Shown in pieces: positions 15,756-30,084 of a DNA stretch of 64,000 bases. The translations under genes and the position numbers were made by a program. Source of the stretch: the human T2T-CHM13v2.0 reference genome, Homo sapiens; the NCBI RefSeq assembly GCF_009914755.1, contig NC_060934.1; one strand, 5' to 3'. Below the pieces are notes generated by a model that saw only the letters and a list, made by a program, of their open reading frames with translations, made no database searches and was not told the DNA's origin. Position 1 is the first letter of the stretch, and the number at the start of each line of letters is the position of its first letter.

Positions 15756-17289
15756 TTAACTTAAATTCCTATAAAAAATTTATAAACAATGGTGACAATA
15801 GAGCCAAAATACCTTTCCAAGTTTCTACAATTGATGAAATATTGAAATATCAGCACTTTTTTCCTCTGTCCCCTATTACCTTTCATTTGGACCTGTTTTT
15901 CCCCAAAAGAACACACACATTTCCTTAAGGAACTAGACACGTTTAAAAGTGCCATGTCAGGAATCCTTGATTATTTAATTTGGCAGTACTTGTCCATTTT
16001 TGGTTGCTCAGTGACCCATGTTTACACTAGTTGGTGGTCTCAGACTGTGTCCTTGTAAATGTTCTATTGTAATTGCTTCTCCTGGGGCAGTCTCAGTGGA
16101 AAGAGTATAATTTAATAGAAATAAGAAAGCTTTACAAAATCAGGAAATATATAGATACATGCTATTAAAAGAGAGTAACATCTCATTTATCTGACATCTA
16201 AAAGGAAATATACTTCAACGGGATTGAAAAAAATCTGTTATGTAAGAAAAGTCATAAGAAGGAAAATAAGAGTAAGGCCACTTAAAAAAAATTGTGAGCT
16301 CAGAGGAATTCTTTAATGCTATGAAATAAAGAACAAAAACAGAAAATGTAGCAGGAACTTGTATAAGTGTCAGGAGGGAAAAAAAAAAAGTCCAGAAGCC
16401 TGAATGAAATAGTAAAGACAAGGAGAAGAAAGGCAGGCCTTGGCCCATTACATGCAAAATAAGGGCAAGAAATAAAAAGGCAGTCCTCTGTTTTGGGGGA
16501 AAAAAAGTGTGTTCCCAGGAGAAATTCATGTCTTTAAAGTGGATACCCTCCTCCCACCAAAAATCTATAATAGATTATTATATAGTAGGATTGGGGAGTG
16601 TGATGGCTGACTACAGAATGCTTCTTAGGAAGGGCACTACCTATACTGAAGAAAATACCTTAAGGAGTAATTTAAGGTGGGTAGTGATATCCTAAGGACA
16701 GAAATAAGCAGGGGCCAAGTGGAGTGCTAGAGAGATAACTATTCTTTACTGCATTCCAATGAACATAATTTAGAAGTTTGAGGGAAAGTAGCTAGAGAAA
16801 AAATGTGGAAGGGCAATGAGATGGAGTTGCTATCAATGAGATTTTGAAGATTTCGAACATACAAATTGAAGCCCTTTAGAATATATTGTTGCAATATAGA
16901 TATCCCTCCCTTCCGTCTTCCTGTAAGTTTCTGTAAGGTTTACTACATTCATGTATTCTGGTCTGCTCTGGTAGGTTGGAGAATGTGTGTATCTGTGTGT
17001 CTATTCGTGCAAGGGGAAAAGGCCAACTCCAGATTCTGGGTGAATATAATGTAGAATAGAGACAGAAAGACAATCTATAAATGAAAATAATTCAGTGGAA
17101 GCAAAAGCTTGGAGACAGAGTTGACCCTGAAAATATGAGCTCCCAAGGAATTTGCAGAAATTTGGGGGAGAACATTATACTTGATAGGACACAGAATGAG
17201 GGTTTAAACTAATTATATTGAGATCTTAAGAGCAAGAAGAACCCAGCAACAAGTGGTTTTGCATCATAATTAAGTGGATTATAAGTAAT

Positions 17290-18850
17290 TTAAAAAATGA
17301 AGGTCAGAACAAAGGAGAAGAAAATAAAAGCAGGCAAGCAATGGTCACTTAGAGCTCTTATTGGGTCATTAAAAAGTAAGTCATGCCAAACTAACTTCAT
17401 TTCCTTTATAACTGGGATTACTAGACTGATAAATCCACAATGCCACAAACAGTATATCTTGATTTCAAGAAAGTCTTTCAAGAAGTGCTTGAAAATGAAA
17501 TAAAGAAGCATGGTTTATACAGCAGCCCAATGAAGCAAGCTTGAAGCTCATTTCAACAACTTTACTCAAAGGATGTTCATATTTGATTGGTATTATCTAA
17601 AAGAAAGATATAATACTGTTTTCCATGTCATTAAACATTTTTTCATGAATAAATTTGAAAATGATATCAGGTTAGGAAAGGAAGACAAAATCGAGAGTCA
17701 AAGGATGATGGACTGTAACAAAAAGCAGGAATTAATAAGATAAAGTTCAATGAATATAAATGTAACTTCTACCTTTACATAATTAAAAAAAAGACTAGTA
17801 TCAGAGGAGGAAGACCTGGATTAGGAGTAGTTTGAGCTCAGAGAGTTGGAGGTTGTAATTGCTTTCAAAATCAATATGAACCAACAACATGACAAGGCTA
17901 CTGTGATAGGTAAGATCATGTTAGACATTAAATCAGGGATGTAATTGTCCATTTATATCATGGAATGTTCACATCAGAGAGTTTGTTTTGATTTCAAGAC
18001 ACTGATTTCAACATTTCATGGAAGTTACCTACAATCTAGAATGCATAGAAAAGGATTTACAGAGATGATTTGGGGGACTTCTATTTCTTGTAATAGCAAA
18101 TTAGAAATTCAGTCTGATCCTCTGCTGAAGGAAACGAAGGTTTGATGATAAAATAATTCATCTTAAAAACATCACAGAGCTAATAAGGCAGTGAGAAATT
18201 TCCTGAAGTGGGTTTCAGAAGAGGTGATGTTCAGTATCCAATCAAAAATAGCCATTCACATTATAAGACAAGACACCATGAGTAAAAGCAAGGAAAATGA
18301 TAGCAGAAGCAGGCACCCAAGGAGTCCAAACACCAGAGTTCTCAAACCATGAGGATCAGACAGTTCTGCTCACCATGTCGAGTAGATCAAAATAAAGACT
18401 GAAAATTTCAGCAGGAAACTAAAAGTCATACAAAGAAATGTAAGCCAATTTGAAAAATATATAGAAATTCTATGGTATTTACCATATAAAGAACATCCAA
18501 AAGTCAAAAAATTTTTAGCCTAGAAAAGGGGAGACATAGGTAAGTCCTAAGAGTAATCATCAGTTATTTGAAAAGAGCCTTTTCTATTGCCTTGATTCTG
18601 TGTTGCTCCAGAAAGCAAAACTAGACGCACTGTTTGAAATAGCAGGGAGGCAGTTTTAAGCTCAGTTTGAGAAATTTGTCTCCAACAATTAGAAGTGTCC
18701 AAAATCAGCTTCACTGTCTCAGAAAATTGAGATTGTTATCATTGTTAGTGATCATCTATTGTTAGGCAGTTGCATATGTTGCATATTATCAGAGAGTCTT
18801 TCTACGTCAGGTAAAATATTAAACTGTAAGGGCACTGAAGTTTCTCCACT
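17290..18850 (+). mobile_element. Ancient CR1/L3 LINE relic (RT region to 3' end, fragmented; extent approximate)
   Basis: tcatgccaaactaacttcatttcctttat...gtatatcttgatttcaagaaagtcttt reads VYLDFKKVF, resembling the CR1 RT motif YLDFSKAFD. CR1-like 3' motifs occur near 18520-18700. Confidence 0.55.
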
Positions 18851-18916
18851 ATGATTCTTTTGATTCCAAGTAGAAGCTAATATTGTCATAAACATTATTA
18901 GAAAAATTCCAAACTG

Positions 18917-19185
18917 ATATTTCCCAAAGTATGGTTTCAGAAATTTCCAGGATTAATATACTATGGAAGAGTTCTGGGGTCAAAAACATTTGGGAAATTC
19001 TGAGTTAAGCAGAGTTAAACAGGCTTCTTCATGGCAATATTTCTCAACAATTTTAACGCGCTAATGTGCATCAAAACATTCATGGGAATTTCTATGTGCA
19101 GCATTGATCATTACAAAAAGAAACAACTTTTTTCCTCTTCCATATTTTCAAAGCATGCTCTACAGAATACTTTTGGGGAAATGTT
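18917..19185. mobile_element. hAT-Charlie MITE (MER103-like); a related relic lies at ~53733-53940
   Basis: tttcccaaa...ggtcaaaacatttgggaaattctgagttaagcagagttaaacagg...gctaatgtgcat. Confidence 0.55.
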
Positions 19186-20146
19186 GGGCTAAATAATTCT
19201 AATCCTGATGATCTCAGAAACAATTTAGTGATTTTCATTCTACATGAAGTCTTGAAATAATTGAGTTGATAATGATTCATATATAAACTTTTCATGAGGA
19301 TGAAACCATGAAAAACTATCACGATTTACCACAAAAGATGTTCCCTTCTCTTTGATAAGATGCCACTTCCTTTTTCATAACATATAATTGTTTTACTACA
19401 CATACTTATATGTGACATATAATCCAGTTGAAATTCAGGCTCTAACAAGGCACCAAGTGTGAGAGAGGATGGTTAGAATTTAAAACACCTTCTGGTGTAT
19501 CTAACTTACTTTAATAACTGGTTGTAGGTCCATGAATTTGCCTAAACTTTTAAAAGCTGTTTGTAGTTAAAGCTGTTCTAACCATTAGAGTAGTTAAGTT
19601 CCAAAAGTTTTAATTCTTTCCTGTTTCCTTGAGCAAGTTACTTAAATTCAATGTGCCTCAGCTTTCTCATTTGTTAAATAGAAATCATGATCATAGGGCT
19701 GTTATAAGAATTGAATTAAAAGAAATAATCCAGCACAGTGTTTGGCACATTATAAAAACCCAGCAAATATTAACTATAATTTTTACTGCAAGAGGTACTT
19801 TGCTTTTGTTTGATCTACAATGCCATCCTGCTTCATTTGCATGGTATGATGTATGTGAATTACCTACCTCTGTGCCTAACTCCTAGTGGACACTCAATTA
19901 AAATGGTAGTGAAGGTGGTTTTATTCTTTATATACAGTTACCTCCTAATTGGTTATGAAGGTGGCAATTTTCACCTTACAAAAGCCCTGCATTCTGCCCT
20001 ATCTCAACAAATTTAGAGTCTAAAATAGGAATTATTGGGTCATTGGAACTAGGAATTACCTGCCACTTAATCTTTTGTACCCATTTCTTGTTTACAGCAT
20101 TTGTTAGTGTCTGTATTCAAATATGAGACAAATGAATCTCAGAAAT

Positions 20147-20537
20147 GTTCAGTAATTTGTCTGTGGTTATTAAACAAACCAAGAAGCAAGTAACAGAAAT
20201 CTTTGCTCAATTATGACACCTACAAATCCACTAGTAAACAGCTGCTGGTGATGAGAACAATTCCCTTTCCTAAAAAGCTACTTAAACTAAAAAAAAAAGA
20301 TTGAATTGCTCTTTTTACTGTAATAAAACTATCAGTTCAGTAATTTGTCTATGGTTACTCAACAAACCAAGAAGCAAGTAACAGAAACCTTTGCTCAATT
20401 ATATCACCTACAAATCTTCTAGTCAACAGCTGTTGGTGATGACAGCAATTCCCTTTCCTAAAAAGCTACTTAAACTAAAAAAAAAAAAAAAAAAAAAAAG
20501 GTATTGAATTGCTGTTTTTACAGTAATAAAACTATCA
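20147..20537 (+). repeat. Head-to-tail tandem duplication of a ~190-bp unit (20147-20334 and 20335-20537)
   Basis: Both units run gttcagtaatttgtct...gtaataaaactatca, about 90% identical, and differ in internal A-run length. Confidence 0.95.
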
Positions 20538-20612
20538 AAAGAAAAAAATGAAAGTACACAGAGAGGGTCACTCTAGCGTTAAAATAAGCAATAGTGAATA
20601 CAAGAAAGATGT

Positions 20613-20940
20613 GGCTGGGAGCACTGGCTCACACCTGTAATCCCAGCACTTTGGGAGGCCAAGGTGGGAGGATCACGAGGTCAGGAGTTCAAGACCAGCC
20701 TGGCCAACATAGTGAAACCCCCGTCTCTACTAAAAATAAATAATACAAAAAATTAGCCAGGCATGGTGGTGTGTGCCTGTAATCCCGCTATTCAGGAGGC
20801 TAAGGCTGGAGAATTGCATGAACCCAGAAGGCAGAGATTGCAGTGAGCCGAGATCACCACTGCACTCCAACCCAGGCGACAGTGCGAGACTCCATCTCAA
20901 AAAAAAAAAGAAAAAAGGAAAGAAAGAAAAGAAAAAGAAA
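20613..20940 (+). mobile_element. AluS (Sg-like)
   Basis: Full dimer with GA-rich tail. TSD AAGAAAGATG. Confidence 0.9.
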
Positions 20941-21821
20941 GATGCAAAGAAAGGTTTAGCTTAGCAGTTAGAGAAAATGATTTTGACATGAAGGTTAATC
21001 AAATAAGACCATTGCTTACTTAATAGAGTAGTTATATTAAAATCACAGACACTTTATGAAAATGCAGATTTATTTATAGACAGAGTATAAGGGTCCTATT
21101 TCAAGCAGAAAATACAACAGATATAAAAAGAGTTCTTTGCAACCTTTTCATCTGAACACTACTAATGATTTGGTCAAACTCTGAAAACAGGCTTTAATAA
21201 AATTCTCTCTCTACTAAAAATGTGCTAAGTGGGTTTGTCTGACAAAATAAAGCATTCAGGATATCTTGCTAACTTTATATCCTCCTAGCTAATATACATT
21301 ATTTACTCATATTAAATACATGTCTACATTTTCCTAATGGATTACTACAGACATCACAGACTACCTGTAAACATGCACTCTTTATCCTGAATCAAGAGGA
21401 CATGGCAAAGTAGAATTCATTTACAAACCAGGATAAATTTCCAAATGTCTTCAACTTTAAGGTTTCTATTTCTCAAGTTATTTATACTCATATGTTTATC
21501 ATATATTATCTATATAATTATGTTATTTATTTATTTATAGAGAGCATAGTTATTTAAATGATCAAAAGTCTAGAACTTTTCCTAGCCATTTCCTTATAAG
21601 CAAGCCATCTCCTGTTTAATTTCCCATTGGCTTTAGAACTACTCTGGCTTCCTTATTTTGAGGTATACATTAGTCTTCACAACCCAGTCTAGTCTGCTTC
21701 TGAAGGGGTGATGTTAAGAAATGAGAGTGAAGCCAAGATGCACTAGGATCGACGCCAGGTTCAGAGAATGAAATTAGAAGTGAAGACAATGCCAAGGTAA
21801 ACTAAGCCATCTTTTACTTAC

Positions 21822-21988
21822 AGCTGACACATGTTGCAAGAGGCACATGACATCAATCATGTCCGCAAGGATAAGGAGTCTCGTCACCGCAGCCAGCAAG
21901 GCACGGGCAGCTTGAACCACAGCCTCCCTTTTTGGGAGAAAACAGGGGTCATCTGTAAATCTCTCAGCTGATACTTTCAGAGCTTCAC
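21822..21988 (-). CDS. CTNNA3: CTNNA3 internal coding exon, 167 bp, phase 1/0 (probably exon 4): (S)EALKVSAERFTDDPCFLPKREAVVQAARALLAAVTRLLILADMIDVMCLLQHVSA
   Basis: Alpha-catenin signature AARALLAAVTRLLILADM. Acceptor tgtatttttcag|GT at 21989/21988 and donor GCT|gtaagt at 21822/21821. Confidence 0.97.
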
Positions 21989-23339
21989 CTGAAAAATACA
22001 ACCCCATATAAGTTATACTTTAAGTTTCAACTATGCCTATTTCAGGATTTATCAGCTAACCTAATTCCAAGTAAATTCCAAGACTAAGCATAATATAAAA
22101 ATATTGTCAGTTGACAATTTTCTCTCTCAATAAACAATGCAGTTTCAAATTAACATTTGTTTTTCACAAATATTTTGGAATTAAGAAGCATAATATCATT
22201 TTCCTGCAAGAAAGTTGTGCTCAACTGACTAGGAACATCTAGTAAAATTGCTGCCAACTTCTGCATTTGCTGAATCTCATTTCTTGTAAAAGGTTTTATT
22301 ACTAAAGCTTCAATCATAAACAATCCTGCTTATAAAAACAAGGTAAATCTTTATTGAGTTACTTTCCAAATCAATGGATGTTAGGACTGCAGCTCTCTGA
22401 TAAAAGTTTAACATAGGCAAATTTATTCTAAACTATCAATATAATGAATAAACTATATCCTAAATTTAGTCACAGAAATAGTACTTCATAGTACATAATT
22501 GTTAGAGAATATTGTGTCCACTATTTTTAATGCCTTTTCATTTAAAATATATTTTATTATAAAAGAAATATGTATTCTTTCATTGTTTTAAGTTCCCAGT
22601 TCAAAAGGGTATAAAATGAAAATATTTAATAAAAAACTCTCTTTACTCCCATCCAACAACATAATTGATAATTACCACATCCACTATTTTTTAAGTTTTT
22701 AAATCTAAACTTCTTTTTATTATAAAAGTACTATAATACGTGTCCATTACTTTTAAATAATTTACCACACTAAAGAACATCAAGTAAAAATTTTAAAAGT
22801 CTCCAAACTAATCCCCCAAAGCACCAACTATTCAGCTCTTGCATATCTGTCCAGAAATTTTTCCATGAATGTATGATTTATGTGTATAAGCATATATAGA
22901 TACATGTTTTATATACATAAATGTATATGTATGTTTTATACATGTATGTGTTTTATGAATATATTCATATACATTCATATATACAAATATGTTTTATAAA
23001 GACAGATTTTATAAGAAAACATATTTTATATGTTATAAGAAGAAAATGTAAAAATATAGAGCCTTTAGCAAGTAGTATCCTACTAGAGAGATTTTCTGTA
23101 ATTTCTTCTTTTTGCTTTTCAATTTATTTTCCTTTCATACTGGGAAACAGATGACCAGGAGGCAATATAGCACAGTAATTAACAGTGTGTACTCTGGAGC
23201 CAGACTGCTTCAATGTCTCTGTCCTAGTATCTCAATCAAGTCACTTAACATCATTACTCTTCGTTTTCTTCTTTTTTTAATAATATAAAATAATAAACCT
23301 ACTATTTTATGAGTATTAAATAAGAGTACATAAGTTATA

Positions 23340-23610
23340 TTTCATTGATACACTGTAACTTATTTTACCAGGCCCCTATTGAACACATAAGTCATTTCCA
23401 ACTTTTTCCTATTTTATATAATACTATAAAGAACGTCCAGGACATATATCTTTACATGCATGAACAAGTTTAGCTTTAGGATAAATTCCTAAAAGTAGAA
23501 TTCCTGAGTCAAGGGGCAAATGAATTTTAAGTTTTGTTATATATTGCCCCAAAATTCTCCAAAATACAGTCATCCCATCAAAAATATACAAAAGGGTCTG
23601 TCTTATCCAT
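23340..23610 (-). mobile_element. Old L1M/L1ME ORF2 3' fragment
   Basis: Minus-strand ORF ...KLKIHLPLDSGILLLGIYPK... resembles the L1 ORF2 C-terminus ([13 protein letters not shown]). Confidence 0.7.
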
Positions 23611-26534
23611 TTATGGATTACATCCATAAATATTTTAGTTTCATTGACTCATGAACCTTAACATAAAGAAAACTGAGTCAGTTATTTTATTAAATAAAAT
23701 AAAGAATACTGTTTCTTATAATAGACAAAACTTGTGAGGAGGGTCTGAGACTGTCTCAACATGTTAGTATGTCTCATTTAGATCTCTTTAGCAATACCAA
23801 GTTAGGAACTAGGACTCTAGACACTTCTGAGATCAAATTCATATATTCCCCCTCTAGTTCTGGGAACTTGGACAGTAAATGCCTTCAATGTCCTTATCTA
23901 TAGGAAAGGGGTAAAAATATGACTTATCTCATAGTGTTTCTTGGATGCTTAGATGACAGCATTCATATATTTAGCACAGTATTTAAACATGGAAAGCACT
24001 CAACAAAGATTAACTGTTATTTTGGAGGAAATTTCTAATAGAGATGGTAAATTTTTAATGCCAATAAGTGGGTGATTTTCATCTGCTTCTCTGCAAGTCA
24101 GAATTGCTGCTATGAGACTGTGAAAAGTTAAACTGACTTCCAGAATTTAGAGAGCAGATGAATGCCCACAAAAAAGATTAATTTTTTCTTTTTGTGATTC
24201 TGAGTTGGAAAGTTATAATAGCCTTTTTAGAATACTGTCTTTGACTTCACATACTAAAACTAAATATATATCAAAAAATTATGTATTTTTGACTCTAAAA
24301 ATGTTGGAATGTTGAACAACTGGCTGGAGAGCCATATTCAGAAAGAGATCATTTAAACAATTAGTATATTCTTGTCTTTGTTAAAGGAATATAAACAGCC
24401 AGTCAGGTAGCTCTGTTGGGAAGAGAAAAGTCACTCCCAAAATACATTAATAAAGATGCTACAACTTAAATTCTTATTGCTGGACTTATCCCTAATTTCC
24501 CCAATATTCCTAACCCTTTTCAGCTGGTTTCAGCCCACACTCTGGTCCTAAGTTAAACATCACTTCCTATGGGAAGCTTGGACCCCCCATTACCAAGATA
24601 GGTCTTACAATAAGATTCTATGTTTTCTAGCATAACCTTCATCATAATTTATTATAACAAATTGTATCAAAACCTGTCTTTTCTTCTGGATCATAAAACT
24701 AGTAAGTGCAAGAGCTGCATTGGCCCTGGTCACCACAGCATTTCCAGGATCTAGAAGAGTGCCTACTCTGTTGCAGATATTCAATACATTGACTATCTAC
24801 TGCCAAATGAATATATGAATGAACATTATTCAACTTTTCTTTGATAAACATTTGTTGTTCCCTCTATAAAACAGCTGTATCCTAGGTATCCAGGATATAG
24901 ATATCAGTATGAAACAGTATTTTTGCAGCCCAAGAAGTTCAGATCAAGTGAAAGTCAACAAACACTGATACAGGTTTCTGGTACAGGCCTGTACAAAGTA
25001 CTAAGAGACACAGAGGAGGATCTACCTCTGCCTGAGGTGTCAGAAGATATACAAAGGAATGTTCTAGGTAAAAGAAACATGTTCCAACTATTGATAAGGT
25101 ATTGACAACGACAGCTGGTTTATAGAATTTAGCCAGTTCACTGTCATATTGATTTCTGACAGGAGAAAATGGTTATTTTCCTAATTAAATAGAAAAAAAG
25201 GTACAGGTTTCCTTTCCATCTAGAATATTAGCATCTATGTTTTATAAAGTCTACATGTGGAGAGTCTACTCTTTTGAAATATCATTCCCAATCTTGCTTA
25301 TAATGCTTTTACTTTGAAGTTTGCTGAATAGGAAATTTCACTTTTAAAATACATACAAATAAAAATAACTACATTTTTTCTTCAAGAAATCCCACTCTAT
25401 ACATAAAAATAATTTACTAAAGGTCTTGAAAATGCCAGAAGAACTAGGTTTAGAAAACTTCTTTCTACTGAGTCCATTTAGTTCCTTTCCTAAAAACGGG
25501 ATTTTTTTTAATCGTTAAAAAAAATCAGTTATGAAATGCCTAGGTACTAGAGTATATAGTCTACAAATATCTATAGAGATAACTTTTACACACCTATATA
25601 AGTGTAAGAGATGACAATTTCTGAATATACAAAAATCTGGCTGATAAACTTTTTATATGATCAAATAAATAAACTCCAGAAGTACAAAAAAATTGTTGGC
25701 CAAATACACATATTACCAAATATTCTTTATTTTATAAAGCTTCCTATATGGTTATTTTACAAGTTCCTTTGCTTCATTTAAAAGTATAATTCTACTTTCT
25801 AAAAGTGCTTATATTGATTATAAACTTAAAAGTCAAGGAAAACATAGTATAAGAAAAATATCCAGAGGAAAAAGAGAATAACCAAAATGAAAAGGGGCAG
25901 GTACTAAAGATAAAAAACTTCCCAAACTTTTACTTGACATTATGTTTATTATTCAATTAAGATTTCTAATATATGCATCTGTCCAAGTGATACAAATACA
26001 TCATGGTAAAAGGTTTATATCATACACATATAACATGCATTAGTACATATTCATTGATTCAATATATAATAGGGTTCACAGACTGAGACTCAACATTCAG
26101 GGTTTGGTTTTATTTGTTTTTGGTTGGGAAACTGCCATTTTGAATTTGAAAACTCTGAAGAGGTAGAAGCTTGAATTTAACTTTTTAGCAGACAATTATT
26201 TTATTTGGCAGGGAAGAGAGGAGGATGACCTCAATTCGATCCTAAACTTACACAGATGTTAAAAAAAAATAGTAAAGACTCCCCTTTAAAATGTTCAAGA
26301 CAGTTTGACTACTAGGAGCAAACATGTTTTGTATGATAAAAGAAAACCTTATCATGGCAGGTGGAAGGGCAGCAAAGCTAGCCACTGCTGTGTGGACCCA
26401 AGGTTGGGTGCTACGGCAGGGTTATAGACTAGGAATGTGGCTGCATATGGTTGCTATTGTAAACTATTGGCTATGTCTTATTTCCATTTTATTATCTTCG
26501 AACTCAGTAAAGTCTTATTAAAAGTTATAATTTG

Positions 26535-27160
26535 CTTCCAGTCAAGGGAGAATAACAGAGACCAGATTCCTTTCCTACCTGAAACAAAAAAATAGACCAA
26601 ATAAATGCAAAAATGGTTATAAGGCACTGGATGTTAGGCAGTGAAGGACAGTAATCCCTGAGAAATGGACCAAAAAAAACAGGATGAGCCCTTTGATAGC
26701 CCCAGCTTACCACCATGAGAGACTTTCCAGGCAATGATACAGGAAGGGGAAACCAAGGCAGAGCCTGGCAAACTCTCTGAGCTGGGGAGACAAAGCTGAG
26801 AGTCCTGGGAGATCAAGGCAGTAAATGTATAAAACAGAATAGAGAATGATAAAGGGAAGAGATACACAGAGAAAGAACACTGATAATCTGCACATGCTCC
26901 CTCTTGAGTATTCAGCTGAATACTGATCAACCAGTATACTGGAGGAAACCACCCAAGGCTAGGGAAAGAACCACCCAAAAGGATTTGAGGTAACTGTACT
27001 TGCCACTCACACAGGACTGGGAATAATGCTTGTCCAACCACCAGACTGGAAAACTTCATAACTCATGGGACATTGGATAGAATACAAAGAAGAGTCTTGC
27101 CTCAATAGTGGGGAAGAATTAGCCTTAGACTGAACATTGCCCTAGTGCCTTCTAACAAAG
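26535..27160 (+). mobile_element. Old L1M 5' region fragment
   Basis: Resembles L1M4/MD-type 5' UTR; recognition only. Confidence 0.45.
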
Positions 27161-27391
27161 CAATTCAGAGAAAACAGAATTCCCAATTTCAAGACCAGCA
27201 GCATTCATGCATCAGAGAAGAGAGATAGCCAGGTAAAGGCAACAGCAGACTAGCATAATGATTTAATGAAAATGGAAGGACATGAGCAGCCAGTCACTGA
27301 GCGCTGCACCATTGGGAACTCTCAAAATAAGCTGGGAAATACTTTGATTGGGCTGATTCTATTAAAAAAAATTTTTTCATAACTAATCTGT

Positions 27392-27476
27392 GTTTTTTTA
27401 TTATTATACTTTAAGTTCTAGGGTACACGTGCACAACGTGCAGGTTTGTTACATATGTATATATGTGCCATGTTGG
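27392..27476 (-). mobile_element. Tiny L1PA 3' end
   Basis: ttattattatactttaagttctagggtacacgtgcacaacgtgcaggtttgttac. Confidence 0.85.
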
Positions 27477-28461
27477 TAAAATTATATAAAATGTTTTATA
27501 AAACATAAAATTTGATGGGGCTAGTTTCTATAAAAGTAATAGAAACATCTCCCAACATCATAGATAGGATATAGTAGAAGCTGTCTTAAAAGACCTCCTC
27601 TTAACCACCTCTCTAGATTAATAAACTTTTTATTCCTCTCAGCAACATATTAATGGTATCTCCTTTCCGGTATGTAAAATATACTGAAGACCTTCTGCTT
27701 CCAATAATTGAAGTTAATCAAGAAGTTGAAAAGGCTTGCTCCCCAATCTTTTCATGTGAGTTGTAATTATAATTATATAGTTTTATTAACTATATAAACC
27801 TATCAAATATAAGTGTAAAAATATCTATTAATTCTTTAAAAACTAATTTTTAATGCTTTAGAGACATTCAGTAAAGATGAGTTGTTAAGTTGGGTATGGA
27901 AGGAAAAAATGGTAAAAGTTGGAGCAGGGCAAGGCAAGGAAAAGGATTATAAAAGATCAAGAAAGATTCTGCAGTTAGGTAGCTTCGCAAGTGTCATTAA
28001 GTTTTCTTCCATGAAGACACCAAAACTGGAAATTTTAGTCAATATAGTTTGGTTGTGGTTTCGGTCAAAACGACTATATAAGTTATGCGTTTGTGTGTGT
28101 ACAACTAATGAACTAATGAACTTTTTACTTCTAATAATGAGAACAAATATATCTTGAAGCAAAAATTATCTGCTATATTTTAAAACACTGGAAATAACTT
28201 TCAGTCACATTTAGTCAAACTTTAATTATGTACTTGTATGTAAAAGTACACAACTCCTAACTTAAAACTTTATTAATATCTTTTTATGAGCAAAATATTT
28301 TGTACAATGTATCTATAAACTATGCACCTAAATAAATTTCAATATTAAGGAAGATTTTAAAATAGAGCTAAACATCTCTTCAGAATTTCAAAGAAAAATG
28401 AAATTTTTTAATTTTCAAAAAATTGACCAAGTAATTTCATGTCATATTTAAATTTGACAAT

Positions 28462-28750
28462 TTTTTTTTCTATGCAGGCTCTCACTTTGTCACCTAGGCT
28501 GGAGTACAGGGGTAATCTTAGCTCACTGCAGTCTCAAACTCCTGGGATCAAGCAATCCTCCTGCCTCAGCCTTCCAAGGAGCTGAGACTACAGGTATGCA
28601 TCACCAAACCCAATTAATTTTTTGTATCTCTTATAGAGATAGGGTCTCTTTTTGTTGCCCAAGCTGGTCTAGAACTCCTGGCCTCAAGTGATCCTCCCTC
28701 TTCGGCCTCTCAAAATGCTGGGATTATAGCCATGACCCACCCCACTGAGC
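28462..28750 (-). mobile_element. AluJ
   Basis: Diverged reverse-strand Alu. TSD TAAATTTGACAAT on both sides. Confidence 0.88.
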
Positions 28751-30084
28751 TAAATTTGACAATAATTTTAAGATAATAAAATACACAAAATATATTCCTG
28801 CAACATTATTATCATCTCCTGGGGTTAGAAGTTTCATATACCTAAAGTGGTTTACAGTAAAACAAACTGACAAAGGAACAAAGCAATCCATATTGTAAAC
28901 CAGTCAATAAAAAGAAAATAGTATGGATTTATAACTTAAATAAATGTTTAAACTTTGAGCTGAAATAGCTGCCCATAATTATTCTCTATTGAATTTCTTT
29001 CCCAACAACCTATTGACTGATATGCCACCCACCAATAAACACTTTTATATTATTCTTGATGTAAATTTAATTCTTTTGAGGTGAAAAAATAAACCTTATA
29101 ACTAAGATTTCCGACTAAAGTTAATTTATCATTTTTTCTAATATTTCCTTTTATGGCTAAATGTAGTAAGCTTAGCCATGAATACACTTAAATTATACTA
29201 TGATGAATTGGCAAAAACTGATATCTTTGCTTTTTTGACATCTGCTAAAAGAATCTCATTCTAGTGCTTTGAAGTTGAAAGTTAATTTTTAATAAATGAT
29301 ACCTAACCCTTACAAACAGTTCATTCATTCATATATCAACTATTCAGCACTAAAATACGCAAAGCACTATGGGGTATACAACAACGATTATAACATGGTC
29401 TCCACCAGGTACCCTCAAATAGGAAAATGAACCACTTCAATGAGAAGATTCTTCTGTTTGGTTTTAAATGTCAGCATCTTCAGATACACCTACCTTAAAG
29501 TATATTAAGACATAATTCCATAGCACCTCCCCCCCAAAAAATACAAGTATAATAATTCTTCATATGCACAATTCCTAGATTTCAATATTTTATGTATGAT
29601 TTAAAAGTTCTCTGAGAAAAAATGAAAAACGAGAGTGACTACATCAAAGGATCACTCAATCATTTTAAAATAAAATTACCAGTTATCAATTATCACTTAT
29701 AATCAGCCTCAACAAAGTTCTATTCATCAAGAGGTTAAGTAATAAAGTAGAATTCAGGCTTCACCTTACTAGAAATTCAAGTCCCACAGCTGTGATCAGA
29801 GCAATAAATATTTAACAAATTTATTCTTTCATATATCACCCCATTCAGAGTACTACAGCTGTTAATCAGTAAGGTCAAATTTGGCCCTATTGATATGCTC
29901 CTTATGCAGAAATGACAGAAGTTATTTTAGGGCCCCATTATAAAGTCTTAGTTCACAAGCTCACACAAAACTTGCAAGGAAGTCAATGTGGCCAACTGTA
30001 CATACTGAAAGTACAGAGTGAAACCCAAAGGAGCATAAAAATTTAGTGAAGATAAACATCCAGGATTCTGAACCATTACAAAAG

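Noticed and set aside
26449-26465. RFX X-box-like motif (GTTGCTATTGTAAAC) as an alternative testis promoter
   Set aside because: A single imperfect motif with no supporting exon, CpG island or other evidence.
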